The position numbers and the translations under genes were made by a program. From Nitrososphaerota archaeon (GTDB lineage: Archaea; Thermoproteota; Nitrososphaeria; Conexivisphaerales; UBA164): a stretch of DNA of 64,000 bases. The notes beneath the pieces are model-generated. The model saw only the letters and a list, made by a program, of their open reading frames with translations. It did no database searches and was not told the origin of the DNA. The stretch spans positions 21,659 through 85,658 of the forward strand of contig WYER01000005.1 of the NCBI GenBank assembly GCA_009903795.1, read 5' to 3'. Shown here piece after piece: positions 47,541-57,330 of this stretch (positions are counted from its first letter, which is position 1; each line of letters opens with the position of its first letter).

Positions 47541-47733
47541 CTATGGAACACAGGCGAGATGCCTATGGATAATTTTTGTAAATAAAATATGAGATGTAAT
47601 TATTTTCTCAACGTAAGCATAGCCGTGAACTGGGAAGTGACGTAAGGTCATATTAGTTCATATTTTATTAAATGCGTATGCAATAAAAGATACACTTATA
47701 TTTACTCAATCGTATGGATTGGCGTGATATATA

Positions 47734-48648
47734 ATGAAAGTATTAGTTTGTGATCCAATAGATGAAGAAGGTATAAAAATGCTTAAAGAAAAAGGGTTCG
47801 TTGTAGATTACAAACCAAATATAACTGCTCAAGAACTTAAAAATGTGGTAGCAAATTACGATGCTTTGTTGGTAAGAAGCAGGACTAAAGTTACAAAAGA
47901 AATAATCGAAGCTGGTAAAAATCTTAAGGCAATAGGCAGAGCTGGCGTAGGTCTTGACAATATAGATTTAGAAGCCGCTAATGCAAAAGGTATAAAGGTA
48001 GTAAATGCTCCTGAGTCTTTGACTCAGTCAGTAGTAGAGTTAGTAATCGGTTTTATGGTAGCATTGAGCAGGTACATGTGCAAAGCAGATAAAACTATGA
48101 AAGAAGGTAAATGGCTAAAAACTGAATTCCTCGGTCATGAGTTAAAAGGTAAAACTCTTGGAATTGTTGGATTTGGGAGAATCGGTAAAGGCGTAGCTAA
48201 GGTCGCTCAAGCTCTAGGCATGAAGATACTGGTTTATGATGTAATTTCTGTAGACCAAAAAACTCTTATGGAATACGATGCAAAACAAGTAAGTTTAGAA
48301 GAAGTTTTAAAGGAGTCTGACTATGTTACTATTCACGTACCAGGGGGCCCACAAACTTATCACCTTATAGATTTATCAAAGCTTAAATTGATGAAGCCCA
48401 CTGCTTTCATTATAAACACTTCTAGAGGTAATGTTATAAAAGAGGAAGATTTGGTATATGCGTTAAAGAATAAATTGATAGCAGGAGCAGCTTTAGATGT
48501 ATTTGAAGTTGAACCTCCAGTTAATAAAGAGCTTTTAAGCTTAGAAAATGTTATATTAACGCCCCACATAGGCGGGGAAACGGCTGAAGCACAACGCTTG
48601 GCCGCAACTCTTACCGTATCTAGGTTAATAGAGGCGTTAGGTCAATGA
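47734..48648 (+). CDS. D-isomer-specific 2-hydroxyacid dehydrogenase (3-phosphoglycerate dehydrogenase-like)
   Basis: [17 protein letters not shown] fold, TSRG, and a LDVFEVEP...TPHIGGET catalytic region. Confidence 0.8.
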   Translation: MKVLVCDPIDEEGIKMLKEKGFVVDYKPNITAQELKNVVANYDALLVRSRTKVTKEIIEAGKNLKAIGRAGVGLDNIDLEAANAKGIKVVNAPESLTQSVVELVIGFMVALSRYMCKADKTMKEGKWLKTEFLGHELKGKTLGIVGFGRIGKGVAKVAQALGMKILVYDVISVDQKTLMEYDAKQVSLEEVLKESDYVTIHVPGGPQTYHLIDLSKLKLMKPTAFIINTSRGNVIKEEDLVYALKNKLIAGAALDVFEVEPPVNKELLSLENVILTPHIGGETAEAQRLAATLTVSRLIEALGQ

Positions 48649-49067
48649 AAAATATGTACGATTATATAAATGAAACATGGAAAAGATATTATAAAGAAAA
48701 GCCAGAAGAATACAAACAGTACTTAATAAAGTGGAGAAGGGAGCCAAGAATTCTCAGAATAGAAAAACCAACTAGATTAGACAGAGCAAGAGCACTAGGT
48801 TATAAGGAAAAACAAGGCTACATAATTGTAAGAGTTAGGGTCAGTAAAGGCGGAATGAAGATTCAAAGACCATCTTCAGGAAGAAGACAAAAGCATGCAG
48901 GATCAAAGCTTATCTCAGGGCAAAAATCTAAAGAAAAAATTGCTTTAGAAAGGGCTCAAAAGAAATACGTCAATTTGCAACCACTCGGTTTGTATTATGT
49001 GGGAGAAGATGGTAAATACGTATGGTATGAAATAATTTTTTATGATCCGGCCATCGTTAAAAATTGA
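48645..49067 (+). CDS. rpl15e: 50S ribosomal protein L15e (short form)
   Basis: YDYINETWKR..WRREPRILRIEKPTRLDRARALGYKEKQGYIIVRVRVSKGG..YYVGEDGKYVWYEIIFYDP. Confidence 0.8.
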   Translation: MKNMYDYINETWKRYYKEKPEEYKQYLIKWRREPRILRIEKPTRLDRARALGYKEKQGYIIVRVRVSKGGMKIQRPSSGRRQKHAGSKLISGQKSKEKIALERAQKKYVNLQPLGLYYVGEDGKYVWYEIIFYDPAIVKN

Positions 49068-49642
49068 CAGAGGAAGAAAGGATCAAGAAGCTAATAAAAG
49101 ATATTTATATTTCAAAAATTACTGGTGTTGAATTTTCGTTAAATAATGAAGATAAAGATTTTTTATTAAAAAATAAATTAATAGATAATGATGGCAATTT
49201 AACAAGTGAAGGACGGAAAAAAATAAAAGTTGTGTTAGCTGGGGGAGTTTTTGACATAATTCATCCAGGGCATGTTTATTTTTTAAAAAAAGCTAAAGAA
49301 TTAGGAGAAATTCTTGTAGTTGTTGTAGCAAGAGACGTTAATGTTTTAAGGTTTAAGGGGGTTAAGCCTATACATTCTGAAAACCTTCGTGCAGAACTTG
49401 TAGGAGCTATAAGATATGTGGATACGGCAATACTAGGTGATGAAAACGACCTTTTGAAAACCGTAGAAAGGGTTAAACCAGACATAGTTGCGCTTGGCTA
49501 TGATCAGGTTCATGATGAAAAATGGATAAGTTCAGAAGCTAAAAAAAGAGGTATAACATTACAGATTGTGCGTTTAGATTCACCTTATCCTAACATAAAA
49601 AGCAGAAATATAAAGAACGATCCTAGGTTCGGATGGTTTTAA
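49064..49642 (+). CDS. cytidylyltransferase-fold nucleotidyltransferase (RibL/FAD synthase-like) with an N-terminal extension
   Basis: GGVFDIIHPGHVYFLKKAKELG ((H/T)xGH motif) ..VVVARD. Confidence 0.65.
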   Translation: MTEEERIKKLIKDIYISKITGVEFSLNNEDKDFLLKNKLIDNDGNLTSEGRKKIKVVLAGGVFDIIHPGHVYFLKKAKELGEILVVVVARDVNVLRFKGVKPIHSENLRAELVGAIRYVDTAILGDENDLLKTVERVKPDIVALGYDQVHDEKWISSEAKKRGITLQIVRLDSPYPNIKSRNIKNDPRFGWF

Positions 49643-50037
49643 CCTTAGGATTTTAAGTCCATTTTATAGAAAGTTTTTTTAATAGCTAAAGAAAATTTTG
49701 TGCCTTCAAACCCAGGGGAGAAGAAGAAACAAACCTTGCTTAATATAAAGTCTCAGTACGCTTTACAGCTTTTTTAACGCCATATCCAGGAAGGAGCAAG
49801 TACAAACTACTCATAAGGATCAATACATAAACATGGTAGTCCACTACGGCAAAAGCTATTCGATAGTAACCAAGCTTCGATAGGAGAATCCGCATCGCCT
49901 TGAAGAGGAAGTTTAGCTCTTTGGCGAATGAAATCAGCGATAAACGTGGCTTTGTGAAACATGTAGGAAAGGCTTAGAGATGATTTTGCAAATATGATGA
50001 AATAATTTTTCACATAAGCATAGCTGTAAAATAGAAA

Positions 50038-50320
50038 GCCTCGTCTCTTTTAGAGGCGGGCTAAAATTTAAATTACCAAAACCTTATAAAGCGTATTAAA
50101 TCGTGTCCCGTAAGGAATACTTCAAGAAGGCTCTACATATCCCCGAGTTCTTTGAGGATAGTGGTAAGTGGCTGAAGGCACAGCCCGTGGTCTACCGCTG
50201 GACGAGCGGAACGGGGTGGGTAACCACTAGCTATGAAGCTATGAGAATGATCGCGGTAAACCACAAACCTGTGATCCGCCTTGAAGGAACGCTAGCCTTT
50301 TAAGGCGGTGAGTATGTCAG
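50038..50320 (+). mobile_element. TnpB-less miniature IS200/IS605 derivative
   Basis: The architecture matches 28010..28303. The track ORF 50103..50303 (..GKWLKAQPVVYRWTSGTGWVTTSYEAMRMIAVNHKPVIRLEGTLAF) is the TnpB C-terminal remnant. Confidence 0.85.
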
Positions 50321-50356
50321 AAAGAATTTATAAATGTTCATGTTTACATTTAATTT

Positions 50357-51031
50357 ATGGAGCAAGTAAAGATTAGGTGGCTAGGCCATGCAGCTTTTGA
50401 AATACAAGGTCAAGGTAGTGATATATTGATAGATCCTTGGCTAACAAACCCTCTTTCTCCAGTTAGGCCAGAAGAAGTCAAGCCTGATTATATCGTTGTA
50501 ACGCATGATCATAATGATCATTTAGGCGAAGCCATAGAAATATCAAAAAGAACAGGCGCTCCCATAATAAGCGTTTACGAACTTGCTAATTATATAAGTG
50601 AAAAAGGGGGAAAATCCATAGGGATGAACATAGGCGGTCCTTTAGTTTTAAAAAACAATTTATATGTATACCTGACGCAAGCATTTCATAGCTCTACACA
50701 TGGCTCTCCTACGGGGGCGATAATTAACATAAACGGCTTAAGTATCTATCATGCGGGTGATACAGGGTTGTTTGGAGATATGAAACTAATCGGAGAAGTT
50801 TACAGTCCAGATGTAGCCCTTCTTCCGATTGGAGGTTTCTTCACAATGAACCCTGAACAAGCGGCAGTAGCCGTCCAGTTAATTTCTCCCAGATATGCCA
50901 TACCAATGCATTATAACACTTTTGATATAATCAAGCAAGATCCTTCTATTTTTGCCGAAAAAGTAAAGAAACTTCGACCTTCTACTGAGGTTTTAATATT
51001 AAAACCTGGTGAGTCAAGAGATTTAAGTTGA
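50357..51031 (+). CDS. metallo-beta-lactamase-fold hydrolase (UPF0173 type)
   Basis: IRWLGHAAFEIQ..ILIDPW..VTHDHNDH..YHAGDTG. Confidence 0.75.
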   Translation: MEQVKIRWLGHAAFEIQGQGSDILIDPWLTNPLSPVRPEEVKPDYIVVTHDHNDHLGEAIEISKRTGAPIISVYELANYISEKGGKSIGMNIGGPLVLKNNLYVYLTQAFHSSTHGSPTGAIININGLSIYHAGDTGLFGDMKLIGEVYSPDVALLPIGGFFTMNPEQAAVAVQLISPRYAIPMHYNTFDIIKQDPSIFAEKVKKLRPSTEVLILKPGESRDLS

Positions 51032-51753
51032 CCGAGCTTTTATATCTTCAAGATTCTTACATAAAAGATTTTACAGCAAAGGTTCTAGAAGATTTTGGAG
51101 ATTATGTAGTTCTTGACAGAACTGCATTTTACCCAGGTGGGGGTGGACAGCCTAATGATGAGGGCTGGCTCCAACGAGAAGATAGCTTGACAAAATTTGA
51201 AGTAAAAAAGGTAGAAAAAAGAGAAGAAGTTGTATTACATTATATAAACAAAGAAAAATCTTTGAATATCGTAGGAAAAAACGTCAAAGGTCTACTGAAC
51301 TGGGACAAAAGATACACTTACATGAAATACCATACGGCTATACACCTGCTTGATGCTGTGATGAGAAAAAATTTCGGTAAAGCGTTTTTGACTGGCGGAC
51401 AAATATATGCTGATAAAGCGAGGGTTGACATTGATTATCCTGGTTTGAACAAAAACATGATCCCGCAAATTGAATATATGATAAACAGCGAAATAAAAAA
51501 CGGTCGAGACGTGGTTATAAAATTTTTATCAAAAAAAGAGGCAGAAAGCATCCCTGATTTAGCAAGAACCAAGCCAGGACAGGAGCTTCTTAAAAAACTT
51601 GAAATCGTCAGAGTTGTGGAAATTGTTGGTTTAGACGTTCAGATGGATGGGGGAACCCACGTTAAAAACATAAAAGAAATAGGGAGCATAAAGATAACTA
51701 ACTTTGAAAACAAAGGTTCACATAACAAACGAATAGAATTTGTTCTTATTTAA
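51028..51753 (+). CDS. alaX: alanyl-tRNA editing protein AlaX-type
   Basis: GGGQPND, HTAIHLL and the zinc/editing motifs in DGGTHV. Confidence 0.75.
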   Translation: MTELLYLQDSYIKDFTAKVLEDFGDYVVLDRTAFYPGGGGQPNDEGWLQREDSLTKFEVKKVEKREEVVLHYINKEKSLNIVGKNVKGLLNWDKRYTYMKYHTAIHLLDAVMRKNFGKAFLTGGQIYADKARVDIDYPGLNKNMIPQIEYMINSEIKNGRDVVIKFLSKKEAESIPDLARTKPGQELLKKLEIVRVVEIVGLDVQMDGGTHVKNIKEIGSIKITNFENKGSHNKRIEFVLI

Positions 51754-51830
51754 TAGTGTAATTGTTTTTCACATCGTGTCATATGGATTTAACCTAACAT
51801 TTTTTAAGATGTTATAAGCAATAAATAACA

Positions 51831-52118
51831 TTGAAAATAAAAGATCTTTCGATTGGAAGCGCGAGAGTTAAGGTAGAGGGAAAAGTAGTAAATAAATCTG
51901 AACCTAAAACAGTAAAACTGTGGGATGGTAGAGATGCAAACGTAGCAGACGCTGTTTTAGAAGATGAAAGCGGAAGTATAATACTAACTTTATGGAATGA
52001 TCAAATAGATATGGTAAACGTAGGCGATAAAGTTCAGATCATCAACGGCTACGTAAGCAACTTTAAAAAGGAAAAAAGACTTAATCTAGGACGGTACGGC
52101 AAGATAATAAAAGTTTAA
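51831..52118 (+). CDS. small OB-fold nucleic-acid-binding protein (SSB/RPA-like)
   Basis: VKVEGKVVNKSEPKTV..ADAVLEDESGSIILTLWNDQID..GDKVQIINGYV. Confidence 0.6.
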   Translation: MKIKDLSIGSARVKVEGKVVNKSEPKTVKLWDGRDANVADAVLEDESGSIILTLWNDQIDMVNVGDKVQIINGYVSNFKKEKRLNLGRYGKIIKV

Positions 52119-52124
52119 AAATTT

Positions 52125-53504
52125 TCATAAAACTTCAACTTTTCTCCAAAAAGTTCCTAAAGGAGTATCAATAAGCTTTACTTTATACTCTAGCAAGGTT
52201 TTTCTTATAGCATCTGCATTTTTAAAATCTCTTTCTTGTCTTAATCTATTTCTTTTTACAATTAATTCCTCTATCATTTCTCTTTCTTTAGATGTAGTTT
52301 CCGTGAGTTTAAACCCAAATACTTCGAACAGATCTTGAAATTCCTTTAGTTTATCTGAAACTTCTGCTGAAATTTTTAAGGATGCCCAAAGTTTGTTTAT
52401 GATCTTTGACGCCCTTAACATATGGTTTAAGGCTGATGGCGTGTTCAAGTCATTTTCTAGATCTTTAAATGCAAGGTCTATTTCTCTCTTTATATCAGCC
52501 ACATCTACGTCAGAGCTTATGTCGAAAGTCTGCATTAAGCTATATTTAGCATCTTCAATTGATTTCCAGCTTTCAATAGCTTCTTTTATTTTTTCTTCAT
52601 TGAATTCCAACTGAGCCCTATAATGGGAACTAAGCGAAAAAACTCTCAAAGTATTCGGTCCATATTTTCTTAAAAAATCTCTTATATATACGACGTTATG
52701 AAGACTTTTACTCATTTTTTCTTTTCCAAACTTGACTAAGCCAACGTGCATCCATATCTTAGCTAATGGTTTACCGCTTAATCCTTCACTTTGAGCTATT
52801 TCATTTTCATGATGTGGAAATATTAGATCTTCTCCACCACCATGAATATCGATCGTCTCGCCCAAGTTTTTACGAATCATGGCGGAACATTCTATGTGCC
52901 AACCTGGTCTTCCCTTTCCAAATGCTGTTTCAAAATAAGGTTCTTCATCATATTTTTTCCACAATGCAAAATCCAAAGGGTGTTTCTTATTCTCGTTAGC
53001 TTCTATCCTTGCTCCTGCTATAAGTTCTTCTTTTTTTATCTTTGAAAGTTTACCGTAGTCTTTAAATGAATTAACGTCATAATAAACCCCATCACTAGAA
53101 ATATACGCATGACCTTTATCGATCAGTCCTTTTATAAACTCTTCTATATCTTGAATGTGTTCTGTTGCTCTTGGGTAAAGGTCTGCCCTCAGAAGGTTTA
53201 ATGCATCTGAATCTTCTAGGTATGCTTTGATAAACCTTTCAGAAACTTCTTTATAACTTGTGCCCAATTCTCTGGCTCTGTTTATGATTTTATCATCTAT
53301 ATCTGTAAAATTCTGAACGTAAGTCACTTTAAATCCTTTCTTTTGCAGTAATCTCCTTAATACATCAAAGACTATAAAAACTCGCGCGTGACCTACGTGG
53401 CTATAGTCGTAAACGGTAACTCCACATACGTAAATTTTAACTTCTTTATTTCTTTCTGGATCTAATTTTATATAATTTCTGCTTAAAGTATCACTTAGTA
53501 ACAT
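52125..53504 (-). CDS. cysS: cysteinyl-tRNA synthetase
   Basis: YVCGVTVYDYSHVGHAR (HIGH), WHIECS and KMSKSL. Confidence 0.9.
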   Translation of the reverse strand: MLLSDTLSRNYIKLDPERNKEVKIYVCGVTVYDYSHVGHARVFIVFDVLRRLLQKKGFKVTYVQNFTDIDDKIINRARELGTSYKEVSERFIKAYLEDSDALNLLRADLYPRATEHIQDIEEFIKGLIDKGHAYISSDGVYYDVNSFKDYGKLSKIKKEELIAGARIEANENKKHPLDFALWKKYDEEPYFETAFGKGRPGWHIECSAMIRKNLGETIDIHGGGEDLIFPHHENEIAQSEGLSGKPLAKIWMHVGLVKFGKEKMSKSLHNVVYIRDFLRKYGPNTLRVFSLSSHYRAQLEFNEEKIKEAIESWKSIEDAKYSLMQTFDISSDVDVADIKREIDLAFKDLENDLNTPSALNHMLRASKIINKLWASLKISAEVSDKLKEFQDLFEVFGFKLTETTSKEREMIEELIVKRNRLRQERDFKNADAIRKTLLEYKVKLIDTPLGTFWRKVEVL

Positions 53505-53549
53505 TTACCAACGAAAAAATTTAACTTGACCAGATTATAAATTTTTTAC

Positions 53550-53845
53550 AAAATGAACGAAAGCCTCGCCTTTTCTAGAGGCTGGGTAAATTTAAATTAC
53601 TAAAACGTTGTAAAGCGTATTAAAGCGTGTCCCGTAAGGGAATGTTGCACGAGGGCTCTACATATCTTGTAGTCCAATGAGGATAGGGGTAAGTGGCTGA
53701 AGGAACAGCCCGTGGTCTACCGCTGGACGAACGAAGCGGGGTGGGTAACCATTAGCTATGAAGTGATGAAGATGAAGGCGATAAACCACAAACCTATGAC
53801 CCGCCTTGAATGAACAATCGCCTTTTAAGGCGGTGAGTATGTAAG
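53550..53845 (+). mobile_element. TnpB-less miniature IS200/IS605 derivative overlapping the 3' end of the MFS ORF
   Basis: aaaatgaacgaaagcctcgccttttctagaggctggg ... gccttttaaggcggtgagtatgtaag, preceded by tttac. Confidence 0.85.
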
Positions 53846-55004
53846 ACACCTTATTATTTGACTTTTTAATTTTCATTTGCATTTTTATCGTTTCAGCGCG
53901 TTTTAATGGTAAGAATTTTATTAAAACCCAAAAGAATAAAAAAACTATAGCTGCAATAAAAGCTACTAGCCATATATAATCAAACCCATAAAAAGAAGCG
54001 AGGCCACCTATTAAAGGCCCCAAAGTATACCCAGCACCTATACTTGATTCAAAAATTCCTGTTCTTATGCCAAGGCCTTTAATTTCTGTAAACATTATTT
54101 TATAAAGAACATAAAAATATATAATCCCTGAACCGTAAAAAATTAAAGAAAGCGAAACAAGCTGCAGGAAAAACTCTTTATAAACAAAAAGAATAACATA
54201 AAAGACCTGAAGTCCTAGTCCTAATGTTATTCCAATTTTTGGTTCATCCTTAAACAAAGGTGCTGAAAGAAAAGCCATTACTATAAAAACGCTTGAAATT
54301 GACATTATCATTCCTGAACCCTTTACACCAAACACAATTCCTGCATATGCTGAATAAAACGCATAAATGATTGAGACCGAAAATCCATAAAAGAAAATTG
54401 GAAATATTATTTCTTTACCTAAATCTATTTTTGAAATAACGTTTGTTTCTTCATACTTTAGAGGTTCTAAGTATATTGCTAAAATTCCTCCAAGAAGGGA
54501 AAAAGCTGACGCTATTATAAAAGGTAAAACAAGAATTAAAGTAAATAATGAACCTAAATATGGTGCTATTGTAGAAGCAAAAGACCAGCCTATAGTGTAC
54601 ATCGCTGTAGATGCTTTTTTATTATCAAAAAATTTTGACAACGCTTCTAAAGAAGGCCAGACAAGACTCATCGACAACGCTTCTAATCCTCTTATCAGTA
54701 TCAGCAAATAAGGAATCTTTACAAAGACATACAATAATATTATTAATGCATAAAAAATTAGACCAAATTCTAAAGATCTTATATAACCTATTTTTTCGGA
54801 TTTTTTGCCAATTATGTATGCTGAAAATGTATAAACTACGCCGTAGGAAAATCCCATCAGGCCAAGGATAAGTCCTGTAGCCCCTATTTTAACAGCAAAA
54901 ATTGGAGCGTAGAACCTTATTAATGAAAGCGGCATCTGGGATAGAAGAGATAGTAAGAACAGCAAAAAGAGAAATTTTATTCTTTTGTTCAAAGCGTTAT
55001 ACAA
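53658..55004 (-). CDS. MFS-type transporter whose last ~60 codons are read from the inserted miniature element
   Basis: The hydrophobic MFS body runs up to ..FLFFWVLIKFLPLKR. The tail ..VSYILTALKGDCSFKAGHRFVVYRLHLHHFIANGYPPRFVRPAVDHGLFLQPLTPILIGLQDM is antisense to the element at 53550..53845. Confidence 0.65.
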   Translation of the reverse strand: MYNALNKRIKFLFLLFLLSLLSQMPLSLIRFYAPIFAVKIGATGLILGLMGFSYGVVYTFSAYIIGKKSEKIGYIRSLEFGLIFYALIILLYVFVKIPYLLILIRGLEALSMSLVWPSLEALSKFFDNKKASTAMYTIGWSFASTIAPYLGSLFTLILVLPFIIASAFSLLGGILAIYLEPLKYEETNVISKIDLGKEIIFPIFFYGFSVSIIYAFYSAYAGIVFGVKGSGMIMSISSVFIVMAFLSAPLFKDEPKIGITLGLGLQVFYVILFVYKEFFLQLVSLSLIFYGSGIIYFYVLYKIMFTEIKGLGIRTGIFESSIGAGYTLGPLIGGLASFYGFDYIWLVAFIAAIVFLFFWVLIKFLPLKRAETIKMQMKIKKSNNKVSYILTALKGDCSFKAGHRFVVYRLHLHHFIANGYPPRFVRPAVDHGLFLQPLTPILIGLQDM

Positions 55005-56223
55005 GCTTATAATTTTTTAAAATAAATCCTCCCGCGTTTTTTACTTCTATAGCGTACGCGTTACCCAAGGGCTTTTCAGAAATCCATACAAGAGTTCCAT
55101 AAAAATCTATAAAACTCTTTATAGCATCAGAGTATTTTTCCTGAAAGGTTGTTGAAACATAATTCTCATATGTGAATGTCAGTTTTCTTATTAAATGTTT
55201 TTTAAGAATCCAGTTCTTTTCTTGCAAAAATTTGCTATATAGTGAAGCTTCTGAACTTGCAAAACCCTCTTCCGATAAAGTATCGGATATTAATATCCCT
55301 GAATCTTGATCAGCCAGATATTTTTCGAGTTGCGTTAGGTAGTCTTTAGCTTCTTCATAGCTTTTTAAATAAGGTTTTTTAATAAAAATAGGAATAAAAT
55401 TTTCACCCGCCAAATTTACAATAATGTTTTTAACAAAATCTTCATTTTCTTCCTCGGCAAGCTCTAATAACACTTTCATACCTTTTTTCTTATAAAACGT
55501 CGCAAAAAATACTTTCATGAGCTTTATCAACTCATTGTGGACTTCTTTAGAAACTTTCACAAGAACATCTGATTCTTCGAGCATCTTATATGGAGATTCA
55601 GGCATATCAACCCTTTTAATAGCGCTAAGGCTATCCAATTTAAATTTTAACGAAGTATTAAAAATTTTGATTTTGTTGTTTACGATTGTAAAAAGAAAAG
55701 GCGCTTCTCTTACAGGAAAGTTTCTATCTTTTATTACTTTAATGCTCCTTATTTTTCTTCCTTTTATTTCTGTATATCCAAAGTTCAAAATTGCATCTGA
55801 AATGTAATCGGCTTCGCTTTCCGATTCTCCTTCATATATCATCAGGAGGGTGCCATTTTTGGTTTTAGAAGAACCGTAAAGGATCTGTTCTATGGGCCTT
55901 TTTTCCTTAAAGTTTTCTAGAAGCGCATTGATAGAATCTATTATAACTAGGTACCCCGATTTAAGACCATCCAAAATTTCAGAAATAACTATTTCGCTAT
56001 TACCTATCACGTTTAAGAATTTAAGCTCAACTTTTTTATTAGTTGTATTTTTTAGCTTTTCTTTTATATAGCTTTCGGGTTCTGAATAGGATATGTATTT
56101 TATCTTTCCAAAATAAGCGCTAGCAGATAAAGAAAAAAGAGTTTTACCTGTACCAGGATGCCCTTTAATAAGTGTAACATAACCTTTTGTTGCCGCTATT
56201 TTTAATGGCGATCTTTCCTTCAC
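54997..56223 (-). CDS. KaiC/RecA-superfamily ATPase with a C-terminal domain of unknown function
   Basis: VTLIKGHPGTGKTLFSL (Walker A) and YLVIIDSINAL (Walker B). The C-terminal ~200 aa have no P-loop. It overlaps the MFS gene by 8 nt. Confidence 0.6.
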   Translation of the reverse strand: MKERSPLKIAATKGYVTLIKGHPGTGKTLFSLSASAYFGKIKYISYSEPESYIKEKLKNTTNKKVELKFLNVIGNSEIVISEILDGLKSGYLVIIDSINALLENFKEKRPIEQILYGSSKTKNGTLLMIYEGESESEADYISDAILNFGYTEIKGRKIRSIKVIKDRNFPVREAPFLFTIVNNKIKIFNTSLKFKLDSLSAIKRVDMPESPYKMLEESDVLVKVSKEVHNELIKLMKVFFATFYKKKGMKVLLELAEEENEDFVKNIIVNLAGENFIPIFIKKPYLKSYEEAKDYLTQLEKYLADQDSGILISDTLSEEGFASSEASLYSKFLQEKNWILKKHLIRKLTFTYENYVSTTFQEKYSDAIKSFIDFYGTLVWISEKPLGNAYAIEVKNAGGFILKNYKLV

Positions 56224-56299
56224 TACGGAAATAAATTAAAAACTACACTATAAAAATTTTAATCTGTTTAAGAATGAACTACCCATCGTTTACAGCGGT

Positions 56300-56730
56300 T
56301 TAAAATTTTTTAGTATAAAAATGGCTTCTTAACGTTTATGCAAGTTATACACAGTCCTGCTACCTAATAATGTTAAAGCGCATTATACATTAGAATGAAA
56401 TATTGGATAAATCATTGGTAATGCATGTTTTTAAACCTGTCTAACAGTAAGGAACAACCTCAAGCAAAAGAACCCTATGTTGGTATAACTAATTCATTAT
56501 TAAAAAAGATGTTGACATGTTCAAAAAACCTGTAACCATTAAAATGGACTGACACTACGTAACATTGTTAGCACGAAGATAATAGAAAAGAAAAGGGATA
56601 AGCTTATTAGTTCTCAATCATGTATTTTGCAATTAATGATAAAAATTTAAGGAAATTTAGGAAATCAGCTTGTTCGATTAACTAGCTTAAAAGCTTAAAG
56701 CTGATTTAAGGAAAACAGTAACATAAAACA
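56300..56730. repeat. noncoding paralog P2, collinear with 33165..33590
   Basis: ctaataatgttaaagcgcattatacatta, atgtttttaaacctgtctaacagtaaggaacaacct, gttcaaaaaacctgt and aaaaatttaaggaaatttaggaaatcagc..ttaacta occur in the same order as in P1. Confidence 0.6.
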
Positions 56731-56869
56731 GAAAGGTGACGATTTTATCATAAAATCAAAGTTTTGATTTACTTTCACGGAAGAAGACTTAACTCCGTTA
56801 GGTTAAAATTTTATATTTTGTAAAGATATTTCGAAAAAGTTTTTAATATGTTTAGAGTGAAATAAACAC

Positions 56870-57208
56870 ATGGGAGGTAATAAGAAAAAGACACTTGCGG
56901 CTATGGAAAAAGAACAGATGAGAGAAGAGCTTAAAAAACAGGGACTATTAGAGAAAAAGAAAAAAGATAAATCGGAAGAAAGAAACAAGTCTAAATCAGA
57001 ATTTATAATGACTTTAAGCGATAGCGATGTTATGAAAATAATCAAAGATATGCCGTATGTAACAGCTTATCAACTTTCAAAATCAACAGGTGTCAAAGTT
57101 AGCGTTGCAAAAGATTTTCTCGAACAACTCAGAGAAAAAGGGTACATCAAAATAGTAGGTGGTACAAGCGGTAAGTATATTTATGTGCCGGTTTCTGCTG
57201 CAAGCTAG
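56870..57208 (+). CDS. rps25e: 30S ribosomal protein S25e
   Basis: A Lys-rich N-terminus, then VTAYQLSKSTGVKVSVAKDFLEQLREKGYIK as the winged helix. Confidence 0.7.
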   Translation: MGGNKKKTLAAMEKEQMREELKKQGLLEKKKKDKSEERNKSKSEFIMTLSDSDVMKIIKDMPYVTAYQLSKSTGVKVSVAKDFLEQLREKGYIKIVGGTSGKYIYVPVSAAS

Positions 57209-57330
57209 AAAACACCTTTTTATTTTTGTTTACTATTTTTAACTTGTAAAATTTAATTTTGTCAAATGATTGAAATTTTATACAGATAAGTTTAAAAAGA
57301 GATTAGGGAAAGGATAATACAAATAATAAA

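Noticed and set aside
50103-50303. The 66-aa ORF as a functional small protein.
   Set aside because: It is the C-terminal remnant of TnpB inside a miniature element. The sister copies carry stop codons in the same stretch.
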